DNA of 64,000 bases from the NCBI GenBank assembly GCA_038246445.1, contig JBBRVZ010000010.1, forward strand, positions 3,233 to 67,232, given 5' to 3'. The translations under genes and the position numbers were made by a program. Below the pieces are notes generated by a model. It saw only the letters and a list, made by a program, of their open reading frames with translations. It was not told the origin of the DNA and ran no database searches. Shown one piece after another: positions 8,673-17,224 of this stretch; position 1 is the first letter of the stretch; the number at the start of each line of letters is the position of its first letter. The DNA is from Mycobacteriales bacterium. GTDB lineage: Bacteria; Actinomycetota; Actinomycetes; Mycobacteriales; Nakamurellaceae.

Positions 8673-9560
8673 GTGGAACAGCAGCCTTCCCTGGACCCGC
8701 TGAGGACGGCCGACCTGCGCACCAATCTGCTGGCCGATTGTGGGCGCTGTTTCGGCTTGTGTTGCGTTGCACTGCCGTTCACCAGGTCGGCGGACTTCGC
8801 TTTCGACAAGCCCGCTGGTGAAACGTGCAGGCACCTGCACTCCGCCGATTTCCGGTGCGGCATTCACCAGAACCTTCGGGGGCGTGGATTCCCAGGGTGC
8901 ACGGTCTTCGATTGCTTCGGCGCGGGACAGCAGGTTTCGCAGGTCACCTTCGGCGGGAGGGATTGGCGTCAGGCACCCCAGACCGCCCCGGTGATGTTTG
9001 CGGTGCTTCCGGTGATGCGCGGGCTTCATGAGTTGCTGTGGCTGGTCGGCGAAGCGATTGCGCTGGAACAGATCCAGGACCTCCGACCCGCCCTCCAGGC
9101 TGCCCGTGACGGAATCCTCGCGTTGACCACGACCTCCCCGGAGACCCTGCTGCGGGCAGATGTCGGACAATGGCGTCGAACACTCGAGCCGCTGCTGACC
9201 GAGGCCAGCGAGGCGGTCCGTGCGCCGTTCCTGCGCACCATGTCGGACCGCAAGCGTCGGAACCGGCGGGGCAGGGACCTGATGGGGGCAAAGCTCCACG
9301 GCGCGGACCTGGAGGGCTGCGATCTTCGTGGCTCCCTGCTGATCGCGGCGGACCTGAGCAGGGCGAATCTGCGCAGCACCGACCTGCTCGGCGCAGACCT
9401 GCGGGCAACGCAGGTGGGTGGAGCCGACCTGACGGGCGCCCTGTTCCTCACCCAGACTCAGATCAATGCCGCATCCGGCGATGAGCGGACAACCCTGCCG
9501 GTGATCCTCCGCCGACCCGATCACTGGCTACGCCAACAGGGCGCCCCTGCGCATCTGTAG
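8673..9560 (+). CDS. Pentapeptide-repeat protein with an N-terminal YkgJ-type (CxxCxxCC) Cys-rich metal-binding domain
   Basis: I chose the GTG at 8673, which is preceded by AAGGAG. The N-terminal region reads DCGRCFGLCCVALPF...CRHL...FRCGIHQNLRGRGFPGCTVFDCFGAG. The C-terminal region reads GAKLHGADLEGCDLRGSLLIAADLSRANLRSTDLLGADLRATQVGGADLTGALF, which is A(D/N)LxX pentapeptide repeats. Confidence 0.8.
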   Translation: MEQQPSLDPLRTADLRTNLLADCGRCFGLCCVALPFTRSADFAFDKPAGETCRHLHSADFRCGIHQNLRGRGFPGCTVFDCFGAGQQVSQVTFGGRDWRQAPQTAPVMFAVLPVMRGLHELLWLVGEAIALEQIQDLRPALQAARDGILALTTTSPETLLRADVGQWRRTLEPLLTEASEAVRAPFLRTMSDRKRRNRRGRDLMGAKLHGADLEGCDLRGSLLIAADLSRANLRSTDLLGADLRATQVGGADLTGALFLTQTQINAASGDERTTLPVILRRPDHWLRQQGAPAHL

Positions 9561-9782
9561 ACGCAGACGGGCAGCAACGCGGTGGCGCAGCAAGACGCTG
9601 GTGTTGCAGCCGACGATCAAACCTGCACGCCCATAAGTGGCCGCCCGCCCGCAACAGGCCCGAGCCGCTGGCCAAGCCGTCGGGCTGGGCCGGATCGATC
9701 GATGTCAGTGTGACGATGCGATGCGTTTGCATGTCGGTGTCGAGGAACTCGCCGTTCACGGCGGCATGTTGCTGTTCCGGGG

Positions 9783-10616
9783 TCAGGACGGGATCGGGAC
9801 CGCGGTGCCCGATACTGCGATCCCGCCAACGGCCGGGACAGCGACGGTGATGACACCGGGTCTGCCCAGATCGTCGCCTTGGCGGATGGTGATAGTTGCG
9901 GGTGGCGCGATGAGGTGCAGCTCGCGCAGGTAGCCGCCGAATGCTGCGGCTGCGGCGCCGGTGACCGGGTCCTCGACGACGCCGCCGGGCGGGAACGGGT
10001 TACGGGCGTGGAACACGGTGCGGGACTGGCGCCATATGAGGTCAACGGTCGTCCAATTGTGGGTGTTCATGACGGCGGCCAGTGCGTCGAAGTCGTAGTC
10101 CAGCGCGGCCAGGCGTGTGCGGGAGGACGCGGCGATCACCGGGTGCCAAGCACCGGCGAACGCGACGCGCGGTGGCAGGGCCGGGTCGAGCTGCTCGCGT
10201 TGCCACCGCAGCGCTGCGAGCAGCTCGGTCAATACGTCGTCCGCAAGGTCCGTGCTGCGCGGCGGCACGCTGATCAGGGTGGCGCAAAGCTGCCGGTCGA
10301 CGACTCCGGTGTCTACGTCGACCCGTCCGGCACGGGTATCCAACCGCAGCGTTCCAGGACCATGGCGTTCGGCGTACGCGACCGCCGAGGCGATCGTCGC
10401 GTGGCCGCAGAACGCCACCTCGGCCAACGGGCTGAAGTAGCGGACCGCGAAGCTTCGGTCACCTCGCGGAACAAGGAACGCCGTCTCGGAGAAACCGACT
10501 TCGGTGGCAGTGGCAAGCATCTGGGCGTCGCTGGCGCCCGTTGCATCGAGCACAACCCCAGCGGGATTGCCGCCGGAAGGATCGCTGGTGAACGCTGCGT
10601 AGCGCAAGATGTCCAT
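9783..10616 (-). CDS. PhzF family isomerase-like protein
   Basis: 277 aa. The N-terminus MDILRYAAFTSDPSGGNPAGVVLDA...VGFSETAFL is typical of the PhzF family. Confidence 0.9.
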   Translation of the reverse strand: MDILRYAAFTSDPSGGNPAGVVLDATGASDAQMLATATEVGFSETAFLVPRGDRSFAVRYFSPLAEVAFCGHATIASAVAYAERHGPGTLRLDTRAGRVDVDTGVVDRQLCATLISVPPRSTDLADDVLTELLAALRWQREQLDPALPPRVAFAGAWHPVIAASSRTRLAALDYDFDALAAVMNTHNWTTVDLIWRQSRTVFHARNPFPPGGVVEDPVTGAAAAAFGGYLRELHLIAPPATITIRQGDDLGRPGVITVAVPAVGGIAVSGTAVPIPS

Positions 10617-11007
10617 GGCCGTTCATACGGAGTAACGGCTCAAAAGGTTCCGGCGGTGCGGGCGTCCAGGGTGCCGGGTCCGGGACACCGCCCGACATGA
10701 CAGGCGGCGCGGCGGACGTCGAGAGCAGGGCAACCATTTGACCGGACCGCTTCTCGCGCTCGGCTGGAGCTAGTTCGGGCATCGCCCCCGACCCACTGAT
10801 CTTCAGCACGCCGCCGAGCTCCAGAGGCGGGCAGCCGTCGAGGAGGACTCGGCGGACTACCTGCTCCAGATCGATGATTGGCCCGTGCGCCAGCACGGTC
10901 GCGGGTGGGTCTTCCGGAGTCAGGTCACCACACGCGAGGCTGCGTTGTCGGATGCCCGTATCGAGGTTACCGATCGCCACAGCAGCTCGGCGACCTGCCG
11001 GAAGCAT
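10459..11007 (-). CDS. Doubtful hypothetical ORF filling the phzF / lon-domain intergenic gap
   Basis: The first ~100 codons from the ATG at 11007 are moderately protein-like (VAIGNLDTGIRQRSLACGDLTPEDPPATVLAHGPIIDLEQVVRRVLLDG) with fairly high GC3. The 3' end runs 157 nt into phzF in another frame and becomes Arg-rich. No family recognised. Confidence 0.2.
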   Translation of the reverse strand: MLPAGRRAAVAIGNLDTGIRQRSLACGDLTPEDPPATVLAHGPIIDLEQVVRRVLLDGCPPLELGGVLKISGSGAMPELAPAEREKRSGQMVALLSTSAAPPVMSGGVPDPAPWTPAPPEPFEPLLRMNGHGHLALRSVHQRSFRRQSRWGCARCNGRQRRPDACHCHRSRFLRDGVPCSAR

Positions 11008-11065
11008 CTTCGGGCGAGCATGGCGACCCACCACCGGCGCACCGGCGCGCCCGTAGATTGGCAGG

Positions 11066-11743
11066 GTGCCCACTTTCGCATCCCTGCCGCTGTTCCCGCT
11101 CGGCCTGGTGCTGTACCCGGGCGTGATGCTGCCGCTGCACATCTTCGAGGACCGTTATCGGCGTTTGGTGCAGGAGTTGCTGGAGCTGCCCGACGGTGAG
11201 CGTCGTTTCGGTGTCGTGGCGATCAAGGCCGGCCGCGAGGTCGGAATCGACGGCATCACCGCCCTGCACGAGATCGGGTGCTCGGCAGAACTTCGTTACG
11301 CCGAGGCGTACCAGGACGGCCGGTTCGACATCATCGCAACCGGGATGACGCGGTTCCGGCTGCTGGATGTGGAGGACGCGGAGCCGATGCGGGCGCGGGT
11401 CGAACTGCTCCCCGACCCGGTGTCCGAGCAGGCGCAGCCGCTGGCAAACCGGGTACGCCGGATGTTCGCCACCTACCGTCAGGCCCTGATGCAGGCGCAG
11501 GGCGTCCAGGACGACAACGAGGGAACACCGCAGCTACCCAGCGAGCCGACGGAGTTGGCCTACCTGGTCGCGGCCGCGATGATTCTCGACCTTTCCGACA
11601 AGCAGCAGTTGCTGGCCGCGACGACGATCGAGGACATCCTGCGGATGGAGCTCACGCTGCTGCGAAGGGAACAGTCGATGCTCGGAACGCTGTCCCTGCG
11701 TCCCGCCGTCGAGTTGCCGCGCACGCCCTACGCCTCGAACTGA
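11066..11743 (+). CDS. LON N-terminal (substrate-binding) domain protein
   Basis: 225 aa. The N-terminus LPLFPLGLVLYPGVMLPLHIFEDRYRRLV is the typical start of a Lon N-terminal domain. There is no ATPase or protease domain. Confidence 0.85.
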   Translation: MPTFASLPLFPLGLVLYPGVMLPLHIFEDRYRRLVQELLELPDGERRFGVVAIKAGREVGIDGITALHEIGCSAELRYAEAYQDGRFDIIATGMTRFRLLDVEDAEPMRARVELLPDPVSEQAQPLANRVRRMFATYRQALMQAQGVQDDNEGTPQLPSEPTELAYLVAAAMILDLSDKQQLLAATTIEDILRMELTLLRREQSMLGTLSLRPAVELPRTPYASN

Positions 11744-11836
11744 ACTGCGTCGAATCCGAACTGCGTCGAATCCGAACTGGGCCAATCCGAACTGGGTCGA
11801 ATCCGAACTGGGTCAAATCCGAACTGGGTCGAACTG
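11737..11836. repeat. 16-bp tandem repeat (GAACTG[C/G]GTCGAATCC), about 6 copies, in a convergent intergenic region
   Basis: Units lie at 11742-11757, 11758-11773, 11774-11788 (15 nt), 11789-11804 and 11805-11820, with a partial unit at 11821-11836. The first unit overlaps the TGA of the lon-domain gene. The period is not a multiple of 3. Confidence 0.9.
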
Positions 11837-11848
11837 ACCTGCGCCGGG

Positions 11849-13720
11849 TTACCCGAGAACCTCGTCGACGTAGCACCAACGCCAGGCTTCCTCGGGTTCA
11901 TGGCTGCGCATCACCGGGTGGCTGGAGGCGTGGAAGTGCCGGTCCGCATGCCGCGCCGGTGAGGAGTCACAGCAGCCGACGCTCCCGCAGGTCAGGCAGC
12001 GTCGCAGGTGGACCCACCGGGTCCCTTCTCGAAGGCAATCCGGGCATCCGTCGTCACTGGTGGCAGGCAGGTCGGCCGGGGCGCGGTCCAGATGTTCGCA
12101 GGCACCGGCCGTCTTCGCAGGGGTGATCAAAGTCCGATCGTCGGTGGACGAAGCGCGCGCCGACCGCCGGTCGATCATCGACTCCTCGACGTCCAGGGCG
12201 TCCATCACCTCGGTCAGCACGTCGCTGTCGGTCGTCCCGTGGTCGCGGATCTTCAGGACGGCCTCCCGCTCCGCGCGGAGCATCGCCGTGCGCAGCCGCT
12301 GGTATTGCTCGGTGGGCGTTTCCTGGTCGGTGTCGGTGCGGCCCAACCGTTCCCAGACCGCGTTGAGCCGGGACTCACCCCGGTTCCGCAGGATGTCGAG
12401 CACCTCCGCATCGGTGCGCTGGTCCGCCGTGAGGCGTTCGAGCTCCGCGCGCCCCGCCTCCACCGTCTGGATCAGAACGGTCGCCTCCGCCAACGCGTCC
12501 TCACGTTCGTCCGGGCCGTCAACCCGCAGCCGACGTGCCAGCCAGGGCAGCGACAACCCCTGCAACAGCAGGGTTCCCGCGGTCACGACGAAAGCCCCGA
12601 GCACCAGCACCTGAACGTTCGGGATGCTGGCGGGCAGCACGAACGCGGCCGCGAGGGTCACCACACCACGCATGCCCGCCCAGGAAACCACCGCGGTCGA
12701 AGCCCACGAGTACGACTCACCGCGGGCGCGCCGCGGCCGGATCAGGTAGTACCCGATCGGGAACACCCACAGCGGCCGCACCAGGATGACGGCGACCAAC
12801 GCCCCGACGCAGAAGATGCCGATGGTCCACGGCGACAGGTCGGTCTCCGCAATGCCGTCGAGGATCTGCCTGACCTGGAGCCCGATCAGCAGAAAGACGC
12901 TGTTCTCGAGCAGGAACTGGATGGTCTCCCAATTGATCCGCTCGTTCAGACGGGACGTGGCGTCCTGGATCCGCGGTGCCTTGTGACCCAGGATGAGGCC
13001 CGCGGTGACGACCGCGATCACCCCGGACGCCTGCAGCTCCTCCGCCGGGAGGTAGGCCACGAACGGCGCCATCAGCGACAGCGCGGTGTCGATCAGCGGG
13101 TCCTTGTTGACCTTGCGCAGCAGTGCGATGACCAGTGCGACGCCGATGCCGATCGCGGCGCCGCCCACCGCTGCCCAGAGGAAGTCGCGGGTAATGCCGG
13201 CGACCGTGACGGCACCGGAGACAGCGACGATCGCCGTTCGCAGCGCGACCAGTGCGGTGGCGTCGTTCAGCAACGACTCCCCCTCGAGAACCGTGACAAC
13301 CCTGCGCGGCAGACCTATCCGACGGGCGATCGCCGTGGCCGCCACCGCATCCGGCGGCGCCACGACCGCCCCGAAGGCGAAGCCCGCGGCCAACGGAATG
13401 GGCAGCAACCACCAGGCGACGAGACCGACCAATAGGGTCGTCGCAATCACCAACCCGACGGCCAGCCACGCGATGGCCCGACGGTTGGTCTTGATGTCCA
13501 CCAGCGAGGTGCGAATCGCCGCCGAATAGAGCAGCGGCGGCAGCAGGCCGATGAGAACCAGTTCCGGGCTCAGCTCGAATGGTTCGACGAACGGCAGGTA
13601 CGACGCCCCGATCCCGATCACCACGAGCAGAAGCGGCGCGGGTAACTCGAAACGACGGGCCATCGCACTGACGGCGGTCACCGTAGCGGTCAGACCGAGG
13701 ATCCAGATCGCGATGTCCAC
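11849..13720 (-). CDS. Na+/H+ antiporter (CPA1/NhaP-type) with a C-terminal UBP-type zinc-finger domain
   Basis: 623 aa. The first ~400 aa are polytopic membrane sequence (...LLNDATALVALR... is typical of a Na+/H+ exchanger), followed by a cytoplasmic linker. The last 84 aa read [48 protein letters not shown]...WRWCYVD, which is the ZnF-UBP Cys/His pattern. Confidence 0.85.
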   Translation of the reverse strand: MDIAIWILGLTATVTAVSAMARRFELPAPLLLVVIGIGASYLPFVEPFELSPELVLIGLLPPLLYSAAIRTSLVDIKTNRRAIAWLAVGLVIATTLLVGLVAWWLLPIPLAAGFAFGAVVAPPDAVAATAIARRIGLPRRVVTVLEGESLLNDATALVALRTAIVAVSGAVTVAGITRDFLWAAVGGAAIGIGVALVIALLRKVNKDPLIDTALSLMAPFVAYLPAEELQASGVIAVVTAGLILGHKAPRIQDATSRLNERINWETIQFLLENSVFLLIGLQVRQILDGIAETDLSPWTIGIFCVGALVAVILVRPLWVFPIGYYLIRPRRARGESYSWASTAVVSWAGMRGVVTLAAAFVLPASIPNVQVLVLGAFVVTAGTLLLQGLSLPWLARRLRVDGPDEREDALAEATVLIQTVEAGRAELERLTADQRTDAEVLDILRNRGESRLNAVWERLGRTDTDQETPTEQYQRLRTAMLRAEREAVLKIRDHGTTDSDVLTEVMDALDVEESMIDRRSARASSTDDRTLITPAKTAGACEHLDRAPADLPATSDDGCPDCLREGTRWVHLRRCLTCGSVGCCDSSPARHADRHFHASSHPVMRSHEPEEAWRWCYVDEVLG

Positions 13721-13774
13721 GTCGTTGATCGTTCCATCTGTAGGCGGCCGGATGTGCCGGTCCGCCGGACGCGG

Positions 13775-14611
13775 TCAGCCGGCGCCCGTCACCGCCGCCG
13801 TTGCCTCCCGCACCGCCGTCGGTAGCCCCGCCACGTGCCATCGGTGACCGCCGTACTGGAAGACGTCGACGACGCCACCGGCAGCCGACACCAGGGCCGC
13901 ACCGGGATACCAGTCCCAACTGGGGGTGTCGGCGTGCAACCAGACACCGAGCCGGCCGGCCGCGACCGCCGCGAGCTCCACCGACCCGGAGCCGAGGATC
14001 CGCACCGACGCGGCGCCGGCGATGGACCGCAGCAAACCGTCACGCAGTGGCAGGTCCCGCACCCTGGTCGGGTGCAGGTAGGTCGCGATCGCCACCTCGC
14101 GCAGCGGGCGATCGACGAGCCGCGGAAGGGGCAGGCCGTTCAGTGTGGCCGGCACATCGCGCCCACCGAGCCAGGTTTCGTCTGTGGTCGGCTGGTGGAT
14201 GGCACCCAGCAGGAGTGCCTCGCCGTCCAGCAGAGCCAGCGCGGAGCACCAGGCGGGCAGGCCCGAGACGAAGTTGAAGGTTCCGTCGACGGGGTCGATC
14301 ACCCACGTCCGGCGGCCCGGTGCGGCCGCACCCTCCTCGCCCACAACCCCGTCCGCGGGCCGGGCGCGGGCGAGCCGACCGACGATCATCGCTTCGGCCA
14401 GGTGGTCGGCGTCCGAGACCACGTCACTGACGCTGGTCTTGCGGTCCACCGTCAGGCCGTCGACCCGCATTCGTGCTGCGAGCTGTCCGGCAGCAGTCAC
14501 CAACGCCACCGCCAGTTCCGCGTCGGTGCGCACCGGATCGTCGGCCTCGTCGACGGAACCGGCTACAGGGGTGGGGTCTGGCACCGCCTCACCGTAACGA
14601 TCGTCCGACAT
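13775..14611 (-). CDS. Inositol monophosphatase family protein
   Basis: I chose the ATG at 14611 (MSDDRYGE). Motifs are WVIDPVDGTFNF and WDWYPGAALVSAAGG. The upstream part of ORF 13775..15499 overlaps phoD on the opposite strand and is not protein-like. Confidence 0.85.
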   Translation of the reverse strand: MSDDRYGEAVPDPTPVAGSVDEADDPVRTDAELAVALVTAAGQLAARMRVDGLTVDRKTSVSDVVSDADHLAEAMIVGRLARARPADGVVGEEGAAAPGRRTWVIDPVDGTFNFVSGLPAWCSALALLDGEALLLGAIHQPTTDETWLGGRDVPATLNGLPLPRLVDRPLREVAIATYLHPTRVRDLPLRDGLLRSIAGAASVRILGSGSVELAAVAAGRLGVWLHADTPSWDWYPGAALVSAAGGVVDVFQYGGHRWHVAGLPTAVREATAAVTGAG

Positions 14612-14713
14612 CACCGATCCACAGGCCGGTCCCGGTGACCCGGCACGCCGGCAGGTGGGGTGCTCTGCCGGACATGCGCGGAGCGCGTGGGAACGGGCTG
14701 GTAGACAGTCGCC

Positions 14714-16354
14714 ATGACCCGACTTCTTCTCGGACCCCTGCTCAGGCACGTCGGCGCCACCGACGCAACCGTATGGGTGGAGACCGACGGGCCGTGCGAG
14801 GTGGAGATCCTCGGGTCCCGGGAGCGCACCTGGACCGTCGCCGGCCATCACTACGCACTGGTCCTCGTCGAGAACCTGCCGGAGGGCGAGGGAACGGCGT
14901 ACGAGGTGACGCTGGACGGTCGACGGGTCTGGCCCCTGCCGGACTCGACGCGGCCGGCGAGCAGGATCCGCACCTGGGCGAAGCAGGAGCCCGTCGACAT
15001 CGCCTTCGGCTCTTGCCGTTACGCCACCGCCGAGGCGGTACTGCCCGGCCACAAGTACGACGCCGACGTGCTCCAGGCCTACGCGGTGAAGATCGCCGAC
15101 CGGCCCGAGGACGAATGGCCACACGCACTGGTGATGCTCGGTGACCAGGTCTACGCGGACGAGACGTCTCCGAAGACCCAGCAGAGGATCCGGGAGCGAC
15201 GGGACATCACGTCCGGGCCGAAGGAGCAGGTGGCGGATTTCGAGGAGTACACCTGGCTGTACGCCGAATCCTGGACCGACCCGGACGTGCGCTGGCTGCT
15301 CTCGACGATCCCGACGTCGATGATCTTCGACGATCACGACGTCCGTGACGACTGGAATACCTCGTACGAATGGCGACGCGACATCCAGGCCACCGACTGG
15401 TGGGCCGAACGCATCGTCGGTGCGTTGTCGTCGTACTGGGTGTATCAGCACCTCGGCAATCTCTCGCCGGCGGAACTGGCGAGAAATGACCTCTACCAAC
15501 AGGTTCGCGCCTCGGACGACGACGTCGAGCCGCTACTGCGGTCGTTCGCCGTGACCGCCGACCGGGAAGCCGACGGCGCAAAGGGCACCCGCTGGTCCTA
15601 CCGCAGGGACTTCGGGTCGGTGCGGCTGCTGGTGATCGACTCCCGGTGCGGACGGATCCTGGACGACGGCCACCGCAGTATGCTCAGCGACGAGGAGTTC
15701 GACTGGGTCGAGCAGCAGTTGACCGGCGACTTCGACCATCTGCTGATCGGTAGTTCCCTGCCCTGGCTGTTGCCACGGGCGCTGCACGATGTAGAAGCCT
15801 GGAACGAATTGCTGTGCAGCGGCCACCGTGGTACCACCATCGCGAAGATCTCCGAAAAGATCCGCCGCGCAGCCGATCTGGAACACTGGGCGGCTTTCCG
15901 GGAATCATTCGAGCGGCTTGCGCTGATGATCAGGGACGTCGGCCGCGGCGATTACGGCGGCACCGACGGCGGGGCGCCGGCCACCGTGTGTGTGCTGTCG
16001 GGCGATGTCCATCACGCGTACGTAGCCCGGCCGAAATATGGCCCGGAGGTCACCTCGGCGGTGTACCAGTTGACCTGCTCGCCACTGCACAACCGGGTGC
16101 CGATCCCGGTCCGGTTGGCGTTTCGGGCAGCCTGGAGCCGGCTGGCTGAGCGCTTCACCAGGGTGGCGCTGGGCGTCGTCGCGACACCGCCGGCCCCGGT
16201 CGTCGAGTGGACGAGGCTGTCCGGACCCTATTTCGGTAACGACCTGATGACGTTGAAACTGGAGGGCACCCGCGCGTCACTTCTGCTCGAGCAGGCCGGC
16301 CCGTCGAGCAGCCAACCCGAATTGAAGGAGCTGACCAGGCTCGTGTTGACCTGA
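14714..16354 (+). CDS. Alkaline phosphatase D (PhoD-like) family metallophosphatase
   Basis: 546 aa. It has an N-terminal PhoD-like beta domain (LGPLLRHVGATDATVWVET), IFDDHDVRDDWN, and GDVHHAY. No signal or Tat motif is evident. Confidence 0.8.
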   Translation: MTRLLLGPLLRHVGATDATVWVETDGPCEVEILGSRERTWTVAGHHYALVLVENLPEGEGTAYEVTLDGRRVWPLPDSTRPASRIRTWAKQEPVDIAFGSCRYATAEAVLPGHKYDADVLQAYAVKIADRPEDEWPHALVMLGDQVYADETSPKTQQRIRERRDITSGPKEQVADFEEYTWLYAESWTDPDVRWLLSTIPTSMIFDDHDVRDDWNTSYEWRRDIQATDWWAERIVGALSSYWVYQHLGNLSPAELARNDLYQQVRASDDDVEPLLRSFAVTADREADGAKGTRWSYRRDFGSVRLLVIDSRCGRILDDGHRSMLSDEEFDWVEQQLTGDFDHLLIGSSLPWLLPRALHDVEAWNELLCSGHRGTTIAKISEKIRRAADLEHWAAFRESFERLALMIRDVGRGDYGGTDGGAPATVCVLSGDVHHAYVARPKYGPEVTSAVYQLTCSPLHNRVPIPVRLAFRAAWSRLAERFTRVALGVVATPPAPVVEWTRLSGPYFGNDLMTLKLEGTRASLLLEQAGPSSSQPELKELTRLVLT

Positions 16355-16386
16355 GGGGTGTGTCAGCCGCCCGCTTCGGGAAGCAG

Positions 16387-16851
16387 CTACCGGGCGGGCG
16401 CAATGAGCTTGCGCCTGACTTCCTCGGCATTTACGCCGCATTCCACCAGCAGCGCGGCCGCGGGATCGGGTTGTTCGCGTTCCAGCAGCGCCAGCAGCAG
16501 GTGCCTTGGCATGATGCGGCGCGACCGTTCGGCGGTGGTGAGCGCCACGGTGCGCTGGATGACCGATCTCGCTCCGGAGGTCAACGGAGTCCGGGTGAGT
16601 TTTCGCGGCGCCACGGCCGGCCGGAAGTCGCCGAAAGGGATGCCGATGGCGTCGAGCGCCTTGGCGTCCAACGCATCTGCCTTGGTCCGGGCCTCCGCGA
16701 CGCCGACCCCGATGACGGTGGCGGTGTCCTGGTCATGCAGGAGTCCCAGCAGCAGATGTTCGGTGCCGATGCGGCGGTCACCGCGTCGGCTTGCCTCCTC
16801 GACGCCGTACTGGACTGCGTTGCGCGACGGCTGGCCGAACTTCTCGAACAT
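16387..16851 (-). CDS. Clp N-terminal (Clp_N repeat) domain protein
   Basis: I chose the ATG at 16851 (MFEKFGQPSRNAVQYGVEEASRRGDRRIGTEHLLLGLL), preceded by GGAGGTGAGGA. A second repeat reads TSGARSVIQRTVAL...IMPRHLLLALLE. Confidence 0.8.
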   Translation of the reverse strand: MFEKFGQPSRNAVQYGVEEASRRGDRRIGTEHLLLGLLHDQDTATVIGVGVAEARTKADALDAKALDAIGIPFGDFRPAVAPRKLTRTPLTSGARSVIQRTVALTTAERSRRIMPRHLLLALLEREQPDPAAALLVECGVNAEEVRRKLIAPAR

Positions 16852-16858
16852 GACGTCC

Positions 16859-17071
16859 TCACCTCCCGTGTTTGGCGTGGGCCGACTGCCGCGACACCCC
16901 GAGGGCATCGCCGATCTGCTCCCAGGACCAGCCCTGTCGCCTGGCCAGCGCGACGTACGTCGCCTCGACCTGCTCGGCAAGTCGGTGCAGCGCACCCACC
17001 GCTCGCAGTCCGGTGGCCGGGTCCGTTGATCCGATCTGCGCCAGCAGCCCGTCCGTGGTCATGCCTGTCAC
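16859..17071 (-). CDS. Small helix-turn-helix DNA-binding protein (first gene of the HTH/Clp_N operon)
   Basis: About 67-70 aa, ending ...ARRQGWSWEQIGDALGVSRQSAHAKHGR (HTH). The start is either the GTG at 17071 or the ATG at 17062. Its stop lies 8 nt before the Clp_N gene. Confidence 0.7.
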   Translation of the reverse strand: MTGMTTDGLLAQIGSTDPATGLRAVGALHRLAEQVEATYVALARRQGWSWEQIGDALGVSRQSAHAKHGR

Positions 17072-17111
17072 ACTAAACTGACATCCTCGAACCTGTCAAT
17101 CCTGACTGACA
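17066..17111. promoter_or_regulatory. Two copies of the palindrome TGTCA-N8-TGACA (candidate operators)
   Basis: The two copies are CCTGTCAcactaaaCTGACATC (17064-17085) and CCTGTCAatcctgaCTGACATC (17092-17113). Their centres are 28 bp apart, and they abut or overlap the start of the HTH gene. Confidence 0.5.
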
Positions 17112-17224
17112 TCTCGGTCCAGGGCCTTCATGAAGGCGCGAGCGCGCCGAAGCCTCGATCTGTGCGAACCAGGGCATAATGACCGCGGCGCGACCGTTCG
17201 GGCCGTCGGCGAGAGGGTGGAACC

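Noticed and set aside
9463-9759. A 98-aa ORF immediately downstream of phzF on the minus strand.
   Set aside because: The first ~40 codons have high GC3, but there is no RBS and no recognisable family. The last third is antisense to the pentapeptide gene and Arg-rich. The evidence is insufficient to call a gene.
11737-11836. Tandem arrays at 11.7 kb and 41.3 kb considered as CRISPR arrays.
   Set aside because: The units are contiguous 15-16 bp repeats with no spacers. The repeat length is far below CRISPR repeats, and there are no cas genes.
14612-15499. An N-terminal ~295-aa extension of the inositol monophosphatase ORF (13775..15499).
   Set aside because: The extension is antisense to the well-supported phoD-like gene and is not protein-like. 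The conserved IMPase sequence begins at the ATG at 14611.
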